A DNA stretch of 64,000 nt from an uncultured delta proteobacterium (lineage in GTDB: Bacteria > Desulfobacterota > Syntrophorhabdia > Syntrophorhabdales > WCHB1-27), in assembly GCA_963810935.1 (NCBI GenBank), contig CAWEPK010000012.1:64001-128000 (forward strand), read 5' to 3'. Position numbers and translations under genes: made by a program. Position 1 is the stretch's first letter; the number at the start of each line of letters is the position of its first letter. Positions 39,725 through 50,085 of this stretch are shown piece by piece. The notes under the pieces were generated by a model. That model was given only the letters and a program-made list of their open reading frames with translations, made no database searches and had not been told where the DNA came from.

Positions 39725-39850
39725 TTTGTTCCCCGAACCGTTTTTTACTAAGGAGTTTTGCGTCCCGCCGATCATTGAGATTTAATCAAGATATGGCCCT
39801 CGTGTCAAGGGAAAAGACGGACATAAAAGGATAATAAATACCAATAAATG

Positions 39851-40012
39851 ACCCTGCTGCAAGCAGCAGGGTATCCAGGGCAACGAGCGAAGGCGAGTCT
39901 TTGAGGGGGAGGCTCCACCGGCTTTGCCGGTGGAGGGGGCGACGCTAGCCCCAGTAATTGCCACGGAGCGAAGCGAAAAGAGGTCTCCCTGCAGCAAGCT
40001 GCAGGGAATCCA
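39851..40012. mobile_element. Short non-autonomous palindromic element (IS200/IS605 PATE- or REP-like)
   Basis: Two related end hairpins ccctgcWgc-aa-gcWgcaggg-Watcca at 39851 and 39986, plus internal ctccaccggc-ttt-gccggtggag hairpin; no transposase. Confidence 0.55.
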
Positions 40013-40118
40013 CCAGTTGATGCCACGCCTTGTAGGTCGCGCCAGCGCCCGCTTCCTCTTTGCCTTTGACATAGAGCGTTCTATCTTTTATCATCTTCAT
40101 GAGGAGGAGGTAAAGCGC

Positions 40119-41033
40119 ATGTCCGAAGAGATGATGAACACGAAAGAAGTCGCGCGTTATCTCGGCATCAACGGGAAGCAGGTATACGCCCTGATCGGAC
40201 AGAAGAGGATACCGGCCACGCGGGTCACCGGGAAATGGGTCTTCCCCAGGAAGCTCATTGACGAATGGATCGAGTCGAGCGCCAAATCCGCCCTCGAGCA
40301 GGTGAGCCGGAAAACGGAGAGGATCGAAGGCGGTCTTCTCGCCTCCGGCAGCAACGACCCGATCCTCGACATGCTGCACACGGACGTGCGGAGGATGCAC
40401 CCCGATTTCTACCTCTTCTCGGCGAGCACCGGGAGCACCGACGGCCTGAAAACCCTTAATATGGGCTACACGGACATCGCATGGTCGCACCTGTACGACC
40501 CAGAAACGGACGAATACAACATCCCTTTCCTGCCCGTTTATGCCCCGAATATAAAACCCGTAGTAGTCAACCTTTTCTACAGGGAGCTGGGGTTTCTGGC
40601 GGCCCACCGCAACCCGCTGGACATCAAGGGCTTCGAGGACCTCATCCGCAGGAAGGTCCGCTTCATCAACAGGCAAAAGGGGTCAGGCACCCGCAATTTG
40701 ATCGACCACAACCTCGGCCGCCTCGGCATCGACCCCGCCGGTATTCAAGGGTACGAGAACGAGGTAAATACGCACCTCGAAGTGGGCCTCTCCATCGTTT
40801 CCGGGGAATCGGACGTGGGCGTGGCCACCGTGGCGGTCTCCAGCTTTCTCGGCCTCTCGTTCATCCCTATCACGCGCGAAAGGTTCGATATGATCCTGAG
40901 CCAGCAGACGTTCTTCCAGGGCGGCGTGCAGACGCTGATGGAGGTGCTGAGGTCGGAAACCTTCCGCGCGAGGGTGGCAAGGCTCGGAAATTATGACTTC
41001 AGGGATTCGGGAAAGATATTATACGCGCCGTAA
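40119..41033 (+). CDS. Excisionase-type HTH fused to a PBP (molybdate/tungstate-binding-like) domain; transcriptional regulator
   Basis: MNTKEVARYL....VY.L....IPA.RV.GKW.F; GSND, GS..GL, FINRQKGSGTR, E..THLEV, E.FD; GGAGG RBS. Confidence 0.88.
   Translation: MSEEMMNTKEVARYLGINGKQVYALIGQKRIPATRVTGKWVFPRKLIDEWIESSAKSALEQVSRKTERIEGGLLASGSNDPILDMLHTDVRRMHPDFYLFSASTGSTDGLKTLNMGYTDIAWSHLYDPETDEYNIPFLPVYAPNIKPVVVNLFYRELGFLAAHRNPLDIKGFEDLIRRKVRFINRQKGSGTRNLIDHNLGRLGIDPAGIQGYENEVNTHLEVGLSIVSGESDVGVATVAVSSFLGLSFIPITRERFDMILSQQTFFQGGVQTLMEVLRSETFRARVARLGNYDFRDSGKILYAP
40876..41033 (+). repeat. Direct repeat A (3' end of the HTH-PBP gene); partner at 49363-49520
   Basis: 158 bp, 7 mismatches by manual alignment. 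Confidence 0.95.
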
Positions 41034-41315
41034 GCAGGAAGAATCCTCCCGCCCAGGTCAAGCGCATTTGGAAATTCCCTAAATGGCAGAAATATCTAAA
41101 CAAAGCTGCGTTTTGCGGGTTTCAAGCCCTTCTTACAAAGTTGATGACTATCCGAACGCCTTAAGCAGGCCAATAGCGATCGAAGTAACGTCATAATGTC
41201 AAGATATAACGACATCAAATGAGGAAAGCGCTTGACAGGACATAGTTGCTTCGAATATATTAACAAATTATTAGAATCATGGAATTCATGGAGTAACCAG
41301 CACCGGGGTGTTGTA

Positions 41316-41900
41316 GTGGACGGACAGAAGGACGAGAAAAAAGCACAACTTGTGCAGATAGCAGTTGAGACTATCCGCAAGCACGGCATCCGAAAAACAA
41401 CCCTTGAAGATATTGCCGATGCCTCCGGCATGGCGCCCCCTTCCATGTATTACTACTTTGCCAACAAGAGGGACCTTTTGAGGGCAGCCATCAGCGCTCT
41501 TTTGGACAGTGCCTTTGAGGAAGTAGAGAGGGCGGTCGCTCTTTCGCCCACGCCTCAGGAGAAGCTGACAGCCACGTGGAAGGTCCTCTTCCGTGAAGTG
41601 GAGCATAGCGATTTTTTGCTGAACCCGGACAGAAAAGTGCGATCCCAGATCATGGAGATTTCAGACGAGTTCGTTAGCAATTTCAATGCCAGATACCGGG
41701 CATTGGTCAAGAAGATTCTTTCTGAAGGTATCAAGCAAGGGGTCTTCCACGTAGAAGATATCGACGTGACTGCCGCCCTCCTGTCTACGGGCGTGTGGTC
41801 CATTCTTTTAAACCATGTTAACCAGGTCCGGCGTGACATTACCGAGGCATGGCTCGACGAGTGGGGTAAACTGCTGATGAACGGTTTGAAGAAGAGGTAA
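41316..41900 (+). CDS. TetR/AcrR family regulator
   Basis: G..KTTLEDIA..SG....MYYYF.NK.DL. Confidence 0.92.
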   Translation: MDGQKDEKKAQLVQIAVETIRKHGIRKTTLEDIADASGMAPPSMYYYFANKRDLLRAAISALLDSAFEEVERAVALSPTPQEKLTATWKVLFREVEHSDFLLNPDRKVRSQIMEISDEFVSNFNARYRALVKKILSEGIKQGVFHVEDIDVTAALLSTGVWSILLNHVNQVRRDITEAWLDEWGKLLMNGLKKR

Positions 41901-41987
41901 ATTTTTTTACGATTCCGTAGAATATTCGACTAAAATATTCGAATCTTCCTCTACCGCTCAAGGCCTTGAGCAGAAACATGAGAACTT

Positions 41988-43328
41988 ATGAATGGATCTT
42001 CGTTTAAAGCCTTCCTGCTTACAGCATGTACCGTGCTACTGATATCGCCTTCACAGGGGTATGGCGGTAGTTCAGACATCGGACAGCCGACTCAGCTCTT
42101 ATCGCTTGATAAAGTGTTGGAGATGGCTCTCTCCAACAGCAAGCTCATCAGGGAAGCCGCGAGCATATATAGCGGTGCCGTCGAGGAAAAACGGAGCGCC
42201 TTTGCGGACTTCCTGCCAAAACTGTCAACCTCATACTCCTATACGAAGTTCGAAGACCAGCCGTATATTATGTTCACCGATATTAAGGTGCCCCTAAACG
42301 CCACCGACCTATACGGTTGGAATGTCACGGCCGTTCAGCCTATCTTTACCGGCTATGCCCTATCGACCAAGTATGAGATGGCAAAGCTCAACATCGATCT
42401 CAAAGAGGTGGAAAAACGCCTGGCAATACTCGACGTGACAAGATCTGTGAAGACGGTGTACTACAACGTGCTCCTGGCACAAAAGACTCTTGCCGTTGCC
42501 GACGACGCGGTGGAAAACCTCGATTCGCACGCACGAGATGCCGAGGAGTTCTACAAGCACGACCTCATCCCGCATAATGACCTTCTTCAGTCGCAGGTGG
42601 CACTGGCTAACGCCCGACAGAACAGGGAGAAGGCGGGAATGGCCAACGAAATGGCCCTCTCCACCCTTAACATGCTTATAGGGGCCGGCATTGACCAGCC
42701 GACTCGAATCGCCGATATAACCACCCTTTCTTCGCGTCCACCTTCTCTCGAACAGCTCACGGCCGCGGCATTGGAAAAAAGGCCGGAACTGAGGGCGCTC
42801 CGCATAGGCCTCAAGAACTTGGACAACGCTACTCGTCTGGCAAAGAGCGCATTCTATCCCGAGATTGCATTGGTCGGCAGATACCAAAGGATAGGCGATA
42901 ACGTTGCTGCCACAAATAATCCTTACGGAAACGATCACAATGCCACCATTTCCCTTACGGCGAAATGGAGCATATTCGAGTGGGGAAAAACGGGTGACGA
43001 AATCCGGAAACATGATCACGAAAAAGCCGCTCTCCAACAGAGGTTGAGGCAGGTCGAAGACAGTATCACGCTGGAGGTCAAGAGCGCTTATCTCAACACA
43101 GAGGTCGCAAGAAAGAACATAGAGACTGCCTCGACTGCTCTCGACCAGGCCAAGGAAAACTACCGAATGACCAACCTCCAGTACCAGCACCAACTGGCGA
43201 CGACGACTAATGTCCTGGATGCGAGGACATTCCTTTCTCAGGCAAGGACAAACTACTACGGTGCGCTGTACGGTTACCTCATTTCCGAGGCGGAATTAGA
43301 AAGGGTCGCGGGCGGGGGTCTTCGATGA
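41988..43328 (+). CDS. TolC family outer membrane efflux protein
   Basis: Signal peptide, FLPKLS, QPIFTG, RPEL, FYPEI, IFEWG, VLDA. Confidence 0.92.
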   Translation: MNGSSFKAFLLTACTVLLISPSQGYGGSSDIGQPTQLLSLDKVLEMALSNSKLIREAASIYSGAVEEKRSAFADFLPKLSTSYSYTKFEDQPYIMFTDIKVPLNATDLYGWNVTAVQPIFTGYALSTKYEMAKLNIDLKEVEKRLAILDVTRSVKTVYYNVLLAQKTLAVADDAVENLDSHARDAEEFYKHDLIPHNDLLQSQVALANARQNREKAGMANEMALSTLNMLIGAGIDQPTRIADITTLSSRPPSLEQLTAAALEKRPELRALRIGLKNLDNATRLAKSAFYPEIALVGRYQRIGDNVAATNNPYGNDHNATISLTAKWSIFEWGKTGDEIRKHDHEKAALQQRLRQVEDSITLEVKSAYLNTEVARKNIETASTALDQAKENYRMTNLQYQHQLATTTNVLDARTFLSQARTNYYGALYGYLISEAELERVAGGGLR

Positions 43329-44455
43329 GAGTCATGATCACACCAACAAGATCGCGCGATGGAGGCTCAAGGATAATTCTTATCGCTTTCCTTGCCATTC
43401 TTGCCGTCTCCGCGCTCGTTGCCGGCTGCCGGCAAGCATCGAGCGGCAGGGGATCAGGCGAGAAGGACAGGTCTCCCCGCACGGCGGAATTATTCACGGT
43501 GAAAGTTGAAAACTGGCCCCGTATCATCACCCTGTCCGCTTTCACCGAGCCTTTCTTCAGGGCGTCTCCGGGGGGCCGCGTGTCGGCAAGGGTCGTCTCA
43601 GTAAGCGTCCGGGAGGGCGACCGGGTAGCAACCGATAAAGTGCTCGCCCGCCTGGACACGCGGGATTTACAAGCCCGTCGCGAGCAGGCCCAAGCCAGTT
43701 TGGATACGGCCACTACAGCCCTTAAGGTTGCCCAAACTAATCTTGGACGTATGGAGGATCTTCACAAGCTCGGCATTGTGCCCCTGGCGAAGCTCGAATC
43801 CGTGCAGGTGGCCTTTGCCCAGGCAAGCGCTGCCAGGGCGACGGCCGCCGCGGTGCTTGATGAAGTCGAGGTAAACCTCACCTACGCCGTCGTGCGCGCC
43901 CCCTCAAATGGGGTCATTGTGAGAAAAATGACCGAGGTAGGCAACCTCGTTGCACCTGGACAGCCTCTGTTCACCATCGAAGACGATTCGCGCCTGAGGG
44001 CCGTCGCACCTCTAGGTACCGACATTGCCGCCGGGCTCAGGGCCGGACAGAGCCTGCCGGTACAGATCGATGGAGATACGATTCAAGGCGTCATAGAAGG
44101 GATAATACCTTCGGGTGATACCTACGCACCAGGGCTTCGGGTTCAGCTCCTGATCGACAATCACCTTCATCACTACCGGGCCGGAACCCTCGCCGTTGTC
44201 CGGGTGGCCCTTCCGCAGCAAGATGTGCCGAGGGTCATGCTTCCAAAGAACGCCGTTATTGAACGCGGTCAGCTTACCGGCGCCCTCGTGGTGGGGAAAG
44301 ACTCAACGGCCCAACTCCGCTGGTTGGTCCTCGGCGAGACCAAGGGAGACATGGTATCCGTACTTTCTGGGTTGAAGGAAGGTGATCGGGTGGTCCTTTA
44401 TCCCGGCGCTGCCGGAGTGGGCGACGGACAACGGGTTGATGCGAGGCTCCCGTGA
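43325..44455 (+). CDS. RND periplasmic adaptor subunit
   Basis: V.V.EGD.V...VLARLD, VRAP.NGVI, G..V.PGQPL, V.SGL.EGD.VV. Confidence 0.9.
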   Translation: MRVMITPTRSRDGGSRIILIAFLAILAVSALVAGCRQASSGRGSGEKDRSPRTAELFTVKVENWPRIITLSAFTEPFFRASPGGRVSARVVSVSVREGDRVATDKVLARLDTRDLQARREQAQASLDTATTALKVAQTNLGRMEDLHKLGIVPLAKLESVQVAFAQASAARATAAAVLDEVEVNLTYAVVRAPSNGVIVRKMTEVGNLVAPGQPLFTIEDDSRLRAVAPLGTDIAAGLRAGQSLPVQIDGDTIQGVIEGIIPSGDTYAPGLRVQLLIDNHLHHYRAGTLAVVRVALPQQDVPRVMLPKNAVIERGQLTGALVVGKDSTAQLRWLVLGETKGDMVSVLSGLKEGDRVVLYPGAAGVGDGQRVDARLP

Positions 44456-47400
44456 ACGACCGTCACGAGGTAACCGGCCGGACGGGCAGACTGGCTGGCA
44501 TGTTTATCCGATCCAAGCTGACGCCGCTTTTTATTATCGTATCCCTTGCTATCGGCCTCCTGGCAGTCTGGATTACCCCGAAAGAAGACGAGCCATCTAT
44601 TATCGTGACGGTGGCGGACGTGTTTGTTGCCTATCCGGGCAGGGGCGCATCTGAGGTGGACGAACGGGTCGCCCGCCCTGTGGGCGCGTGGATACGGGAA
44701 ATCCCCACAGTCAAGCACGTGCTCAGCTCGGCGGGTGACGACGGCGCCATGTTTGTCGTCGAGTTTCATGACGGCGTGTCCAGGGAGAAGGCGCTTACGC
44801 AGCTCTACGACCGGCTCCACGCTAATATGGGCCAGCTCCTCCGGGGGTTCCCGCACCCCTCGTCAAACCGAGGGGCATCGACGACGTGTGCGCCCTTGCA
44901 GTTACCCTCTGGTCCGACCGCGACAGCTCCGACACGCTGAGAAGAGTGGCCGCCGAGATGGCGGTGGAGCTGCGTCGTCTTCCCAATGTATCACGTGTTG
45001 ACATAATAGGCGGCACGCCTAGGTCGATCCAGGTCGATCTCGACGCGCGCCGTTTGGCGGAGCGCGGCATTGGGACAGACCGGGTGGTGCAGGCCGTCCA
45101 GACAGCCAACATCATGGTGCCGGCAGGCACGCTCTCCGGAACCGAAGGGCTCCTGCGCGTCGAGTCGGGCGCTTTTCTACAATCGGCGGCTGACGTGGAA
45201 GCCCTTATCGTAGGTGCAAAGGGAAACGGTCTTATCTATATGCGGGACGTTGCCCGTGTCCGTGACGGCGCAGCAGAGCCCTCAGATTACGTCTCCCGCA
45301 TCGGCGATGATACCAACTGGGTCTCTTGCCCTGCGGTGACTATCTCAGTGGTAAAGGTACATGGCTCGAATGTCACGGACCTCTCCCGCCAGGCAAAGAT
45401 GGTGGTCAACAAACTTGGGAAGAATCTCGTATCCGACACCGTGCACGTGGCCATCACCCGGGACGGAGGCGAGACCGCGCGGAACAGCGTCAGGATGGTG
45501 GGGAAGCACATGCTAATCGCTACCCTGGCGAGCGTACTGCTCATCGCCGTCGCCCTTGGATGGCGGGAAGGACTCGCGGCGGCCATTATCCTTCCCGTGA
45601 CCATAATCGTCATTCCGGTCGTCTACAACTTGACCGGGTTCACTCTCAACCGCATATCCCTCGCGGCCATGGTGTTCGCCATAGGCCTTCTCATCGACAA
45701 CGCCATCGTGATCATCGAGAACATCGAGCGCCATTTCCACGCTGGCGGAGGCGGTGCCACAGCTGCCGCGGAGGCGGTGCAACAGGTTGGTCCTCCCACC
45801 ATCCTAGCGACGCTGATGGTGATTTGCGCGCTTCTGCCCACCGCCTTCGTGACGGGAATGATAGGCCAGTACGTGCGACCGCTTCCCATAGGCGCGTCGC
45901 TGGGCATGCTCTTCTCTTTGTTCGTCGCGCTTACCGTCGCGCCCTACCTCTGTTATCTGCTGCTCCGGCCGGGAAGCGGCTCTTCTCCATCACGGGGTCA
46001 TAAAAAGAGATCCCGTTTCATGTCATTCTACCTCGGCGTGCTCGCGTCGATTATGGAGAGCCCGAGACGCATCAGGGCAGTCTATGCAGTCTCGTTGGTC
46101 GTCCTGCTTTTAACCCTTGCCCTGATCCCGGCCCGCGTGGCGGTCATAAAGCTCTTGCCTGACAAAGGCAGCGATGAACTGTCCATCATGATCGACCTGC
46201 CCTCGCGGACGCCGTTGGAGCTGAGTTACGCCATGGTTGCCGACATCGCTAGAAAATTGAAAGATATTCCCGAGGTTACCGCAAGCCAAATCTACGCGGG
46301 CACCTCCGGACCGCCCACGTTCCTGGGCATAGCCCGCCACTACGATCTGAGAAAGGAGCCCTACCAGGCGGAGATTCAGCTTCAACTAACGCCCGAGGCG
46401 AAAAGGTGGCGGAAGAGCCATGAGATAGCACTCTCCGTGCGCTCGCTGATCGCCCCGTTACTGGCTGAAAAGGACACTGTTTTCACGGTAGTCGAGATCC
46501 CTGCCGGTCCGCCAACCCTTGCCCCGCTCGTGGCCGAAGTCTACGGACCGGATGACGACAAGCGCGTGGCCCTGGCGCGTCAACTGAGAGGAGAATTCGC
46601 GGCTATGCGAGGCGTAGCGGACGTCGACTGGGCCGCCAGGCCCGGCTCGCCCAGGCTACGCTATGATATCGACCACCTGAGTGCCGCGGCTCGGGGCGTA
46701 ATCCCCGCCCAGGCCGCTGGTACGGTCCGTACGCTCGTTGCGGGTGAAGCCGCTGTCTGGGCGCGTTTTCCACGGGAACGGGAACCCGTGCCGGTCATAC
46801 TTCGCCTGGCACGGTTCCAGCGGTCGACCCAGGCGGATATCTCTTCTCTTTACTTCAATTCTTTGGCAGGGGGTCCGCCAGTGCCGGCGTCTGATATCGG
46901 CTCCATAAAGCGGATGGAAGGGTCTTTCCCGTTGATGCGTAAGGACTTGCAACCTGTGGTCATGGTCTATGGCGCGGTCACCGGCCAAAGCCCGTTCTAT
47001 TCGGCCGTCGATCTTACAAGACGTCTGCGGTCTCTTACCGGACCTGATTCGCGAGCCGTGCAGGTGCTCTGGACTGACAAGAATCCCGATATAGGTCGGT
47101 ATGCGGTCCGTTGGGACGGAGAATGGGCCTTTCAGCGGGATATGTACATCGATCTCGGAATGGCTTTCGTCGTTGTGCTGTTCCTTATCTACGCCGTGCT
47201 CGTGGCATGGTATAGCTCGTTTTTGATGCCTCTTGTTGTCATGGCCCCGATTCCGCTTATCTTTATCGGCGTCGTCCCGGCCCACGTGATCATGGGAAAA
47301 CCGGTGGATGTTTGCAGTCTCTTGGGAGTGATTGCGCTGGCTGGCATCGTGATCCGCAATTCCATTCTCCTCGTCGATTTTGCGCGTAGCCACATCGCCT

Positions 47401-47678
47401 CCGGGACCCCGGTGCGCGAAGCTGTTCTCATGGCCTGCGAAACCCGTTTGAGGCCGATAGTCCTCACTGCCCTCGCGGTCATTCTCGGAGAATTCGTGTT
47501 GTATTTCGATCCGATCCTTCAGGGGATCGGCCTGACATTGCCGGCAGGGGCGCTAGTTTCTACCGCATTGACCCTAGGGGTCATCCCGGTTGCTTATTAC
47601 CAGCTTGCGACCCTTCAGAAGAAACAAGGCACGGACGATGGAGGTGATACAGACACGGTTCGGGCTGCGGATAGATGA
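44452..47678 (+). CDS. RND permease (AcrB family); -1 frameshift near 44838
   Basis: PKEDEP.I.V, GLLIDNAIVIIENI, RNSILLVDF, RLRPIVLT; two ORFs join. Confidence 0.9.
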
Positions 47679-47925
47679 TGGAGGATATGCAGAAGCCCGT
47701 TACCGAAGGGAGGGTAAACCGCCATAAGGCAAGCGGGAATGCACGGCATACTGACTCAAAGAAGAGTTGTCCGCTCCCGCGCTACGAGGTGACGGAATCT
47801 TTTGGTTCATTACGATCCATCCGGGAGCCATAGAGCGACTCGAACGAAACGCTCGAAGGTCGGGGGAGCGACAAACCTCGCGCGGGCTGCTTTTGCCATA
47901 GAAAATGTTTAAGAGAGGCCAATTC

Positions 47926-48219
47926 ATGAAAATGTTTGTTGTCGTATATGTCGATTACTTGGACCATAGGATAACAACCACATTTAAACAGGCTGGTTAT
48001 AACTCGTTTATAAAAGAGCGCGATCTGGCGGGTGAATATAAGCCACTTGAGCCAGGGCTGAAGGAGCTTGATGCACCCGGTGGACTGAGGTCGCTTTTGA
48101 TTCCTGCCCACGATGAGAAGATTCCTCACCTCCTTGACGTTGTGCGGAACCTTAAGAAACAACTCCCTACTGCGGGTATTGGTGCGTTTACTTTTCTGTT
48201 AGAAGAATTTGTTGTTTGA
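47926..48219 (+). CDS. Small PII-like transporter-associated protein
   Basis: ~97 aa MKM.VVVY...D..I...FK..G...G.....EP.L...G..AF....EE pattern, directly after the RND gene. Confidence 0.6.
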   Translation: MKMFVVVYVDYLDHRITTTFKQAGYNSFIKERDLAGEYKPLEPGLKELDAPGGLRSLLIPAHDEKIPHLLDVVRNLKKQLPTAGIGAFTFLLEEFVV

Positions 48220-48375
48220 GGAGAAATGAATATGTCCTGTTCTACCATGCCTTCCAACTGGTCAATTATGGGTTCAATTCAAGAAACGAATAGTTTTGAT
48301 AGTAAAGGGTAATTTGTCAAGCGAGAGGAATAACCGACGTGTCACCGCCACGTAAACTCGGATAAGGAGGAGACT

Positions 48376-49258
48376 ATGAAAGAGTTCAAGGATAAAGTCG
48401 CAGTAATTACCGGTGCGGCGAACGGCATTGGACGGGGGATAGCAGAGCGGTGCGTTCGGGAGGGCATGAAGGTCGTGCTCGCGGGCATCAATGAGGCAAA
48501 CCTCATGAAAGCAGAAACTGAGCCTCAAGGCCTATGGAGGAACCGTGGTCAGCGTTCAGACAGATGTCGCGAAACGGAGCGATGTGGAATCGTTGGCCAG
48601 TAAGGCTCTCGACACCTTCGGCGCGGTACACCTCCTTGTGAACAATGCCGGCGTTGGTGCGGGTCTGTCTCCCTGGGAAGCCACATGGAACGACTGGGAG
48701 TGGGTGATAGGCGTCAATCTGTGGGGGGTGATCCACGGCGTCAAGATATTCACCCCCCTCATGCTTGCCCAGAACACCGAGTGCCACATCGTCAATACCT
48801 CCTCCTTCGTGGGACTGATGGCGGGCTACTACAGCGCGCCCTACGCTGTGACTAAGCATGCGATCGTAGCTCTCTCCGAATGCCTATACATAGCACTCGA
48901 ACAGCGCAAGGCACCCGTTAAGGTGTCGGTTCTCTGCACCGGTAACGTCAAGACGAACATTGCGAGGGCCGAACGTAACAGACCCGTGGAATTGGAAAAC
49001 GGGCCCGTTAAGATGCCACAACAGGGGCAGGCTCTTAGGGAACTCATGAAAGCAGTTAAGGCAGGCATCGAAACAGGCATGTCGCCCCTCCAGGTGGCCG
49101 ATCAGGTTTTTGAAGCCATCAAGGAGGAAAGGTTCTACATCCTGACCCATCCCGAATTGACCCCGCTGATCCAGTTGAGGGTGGACAGTCTTCTCAGCGG
49201 GGACAATCCTCGAAATCCACAGGACACTACCATGAAACTGTTTAAGTTGGGCGGATGA
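48376..49258 (+). CDS. SDR family oxidoreductase; +1 frameshift near 48523
   Basis: TGAANGIG, NNAG, VN.WG, NTSS, catalytic YAVTK. Confidence 0.9.
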
Positions 49259-49306
49259 GGTCAGTATTGTTATCACACTGTGGGGAGAGCAGCCCTCCCA
49301 CCCCTG

Positions 49307-49349
49307 TCGCTATTGAAGTGCTCCTTCCCGTGTGCAATAATTGGCTGTA
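49307..49349 (+). repeat. Direct repeat B (promoter-like); partner at 50086-50128
   Basis: tcgctattgaagtgct-N8-tgtgcaataattggctgta, 38/43 identical. Confidence 0.85.
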
Positions 49350-49362
49350 ACCGGAAAATAGA

Positions 49363-49520
49363 GCGAAAGGTTCGATATGATCCTGAGCCAGCAGACGTTC
49401 TTCCAGGGCAGCGTGCAGACGCTGATGGAGGTGCTGAGGTCGGACACCTTCCGCGCGAGGGTGGCAAGACTCGGCAATTATGATTTCAGGGATTCGGGAA
49501 AGATATTATACGCGCCCTAG
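49363..49520 (+). repeat. Direct repeat A' (displaced 3' fragment of the HTH-PBP gene)
   Basis: Encodes ERFDMILSQQTFFQGSVQTLMEVLRSDTFRARVARLGNYDFRDSGKILYAP*. Confidence 0.95.
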
Positions 49521-49714
49521 ATAGAGCGACCAAAAATGGCTTGTTTGATTTCATCGGCCGACAGCGTCTCAAGATAAAGGGCCACGGCTTCCCGCGCATT
49601 TTCGATCGTCTCTTCAAGGGAATCACCCTGCGTGTGACAGCCTTCCAACTCCGGTGCGTAGGCATAATACCCCTGTTCGTCTTTCTCTATGATGATACTG
49701 ACCTTGTGGGCCAT
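49517..49714 (-). CDS. hicB: HicB family antitoxin (short, no hicA adjacent)
   Basis: IIEKDE.GYYA..PELEGC.TQGDSLEE..EN.REA..LYLE. Confidence 0.85.
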   Translation of the reverse strand: MAHKVSIIIEKDEQGYYAYAPELEGCHTQGDSLEETIENAREAVALYLETLSADEIKQAIFGRSI

Positions 49715-49757
49715 CTGCCAACCTCCTTTCGATTACAATGAATTACCAGCCTATAGG

Positions 49758-49958
49758 TCACTTACCGAAGACCTTCCCGTGGGTTTTCACCCGCCCGGCT
49801 TTATAATCGGCCCGCGCTTCTTCAATGCTCGCCAGGTATTCGGGCGCTGTCGCAGCAAGGAGGTTCTCCAGAAAGGCTTCCCTTTCCTTCCCGCCCATCT
49901 CCTTGACTGCCTCGATCACCTCTTCCGCGCTGATATTGACCTTCAGTGCTCGCGCCAT
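49758..49958 (-). CDS. Small antitoxin-like protein
   Basis: YLASIEEARADYKAGRVKTH..VF acidic antitoxin-type tail; GGAGG RBS. Confidence 0.6.
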   Translation of the reverse strand: MARALKVNISAEEVIEAVKEMGGKEREAFLENLLAATAPEYLASIEEARADYKAGRVKTHGKVFGK

Positions 49959-50085
49959 ACTCTCCTCCGGGGAATGATAGACAACTGCATATTCTATTGC
50001 TTACTTTATCTCTGTACACTTTTCCCCTGGTTAATTATATCACGTCCCTCCGGGCGAGCCAAACAATGCGGCTGCACTCCCCACA

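Larger units (their letters stand above)
41034..49362. mobile_element. Putative acquired island (TetR-TolC-MFP-RND-PII-like-SDR), no integrase
   Basis: Bounded by 158-bp direct repeats; visibly more A/T-ending codons than the flanks. Confidence 0.65.

Noticed and set aside
39924..40118. 65-aa N-terminal extension of the HTH-PBP regulator, plus small ORFs at 39782-40072
   Set aside because: They read through the palindromic element. The strong RBS and the HTH start point to ATG 40119.
40119..40300. Prophage excisionase marking an integrated phage
   Set aside because: The HTH is fused to a PBP domain, a known regulator architecture, and there are no phage or integrase genes.
49273..49483. ORFs 49280-49483 (+) and 49273-49467 (-) as real genes
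   Set aside because: They are off-frame or antisense readings of repeats B and A'.
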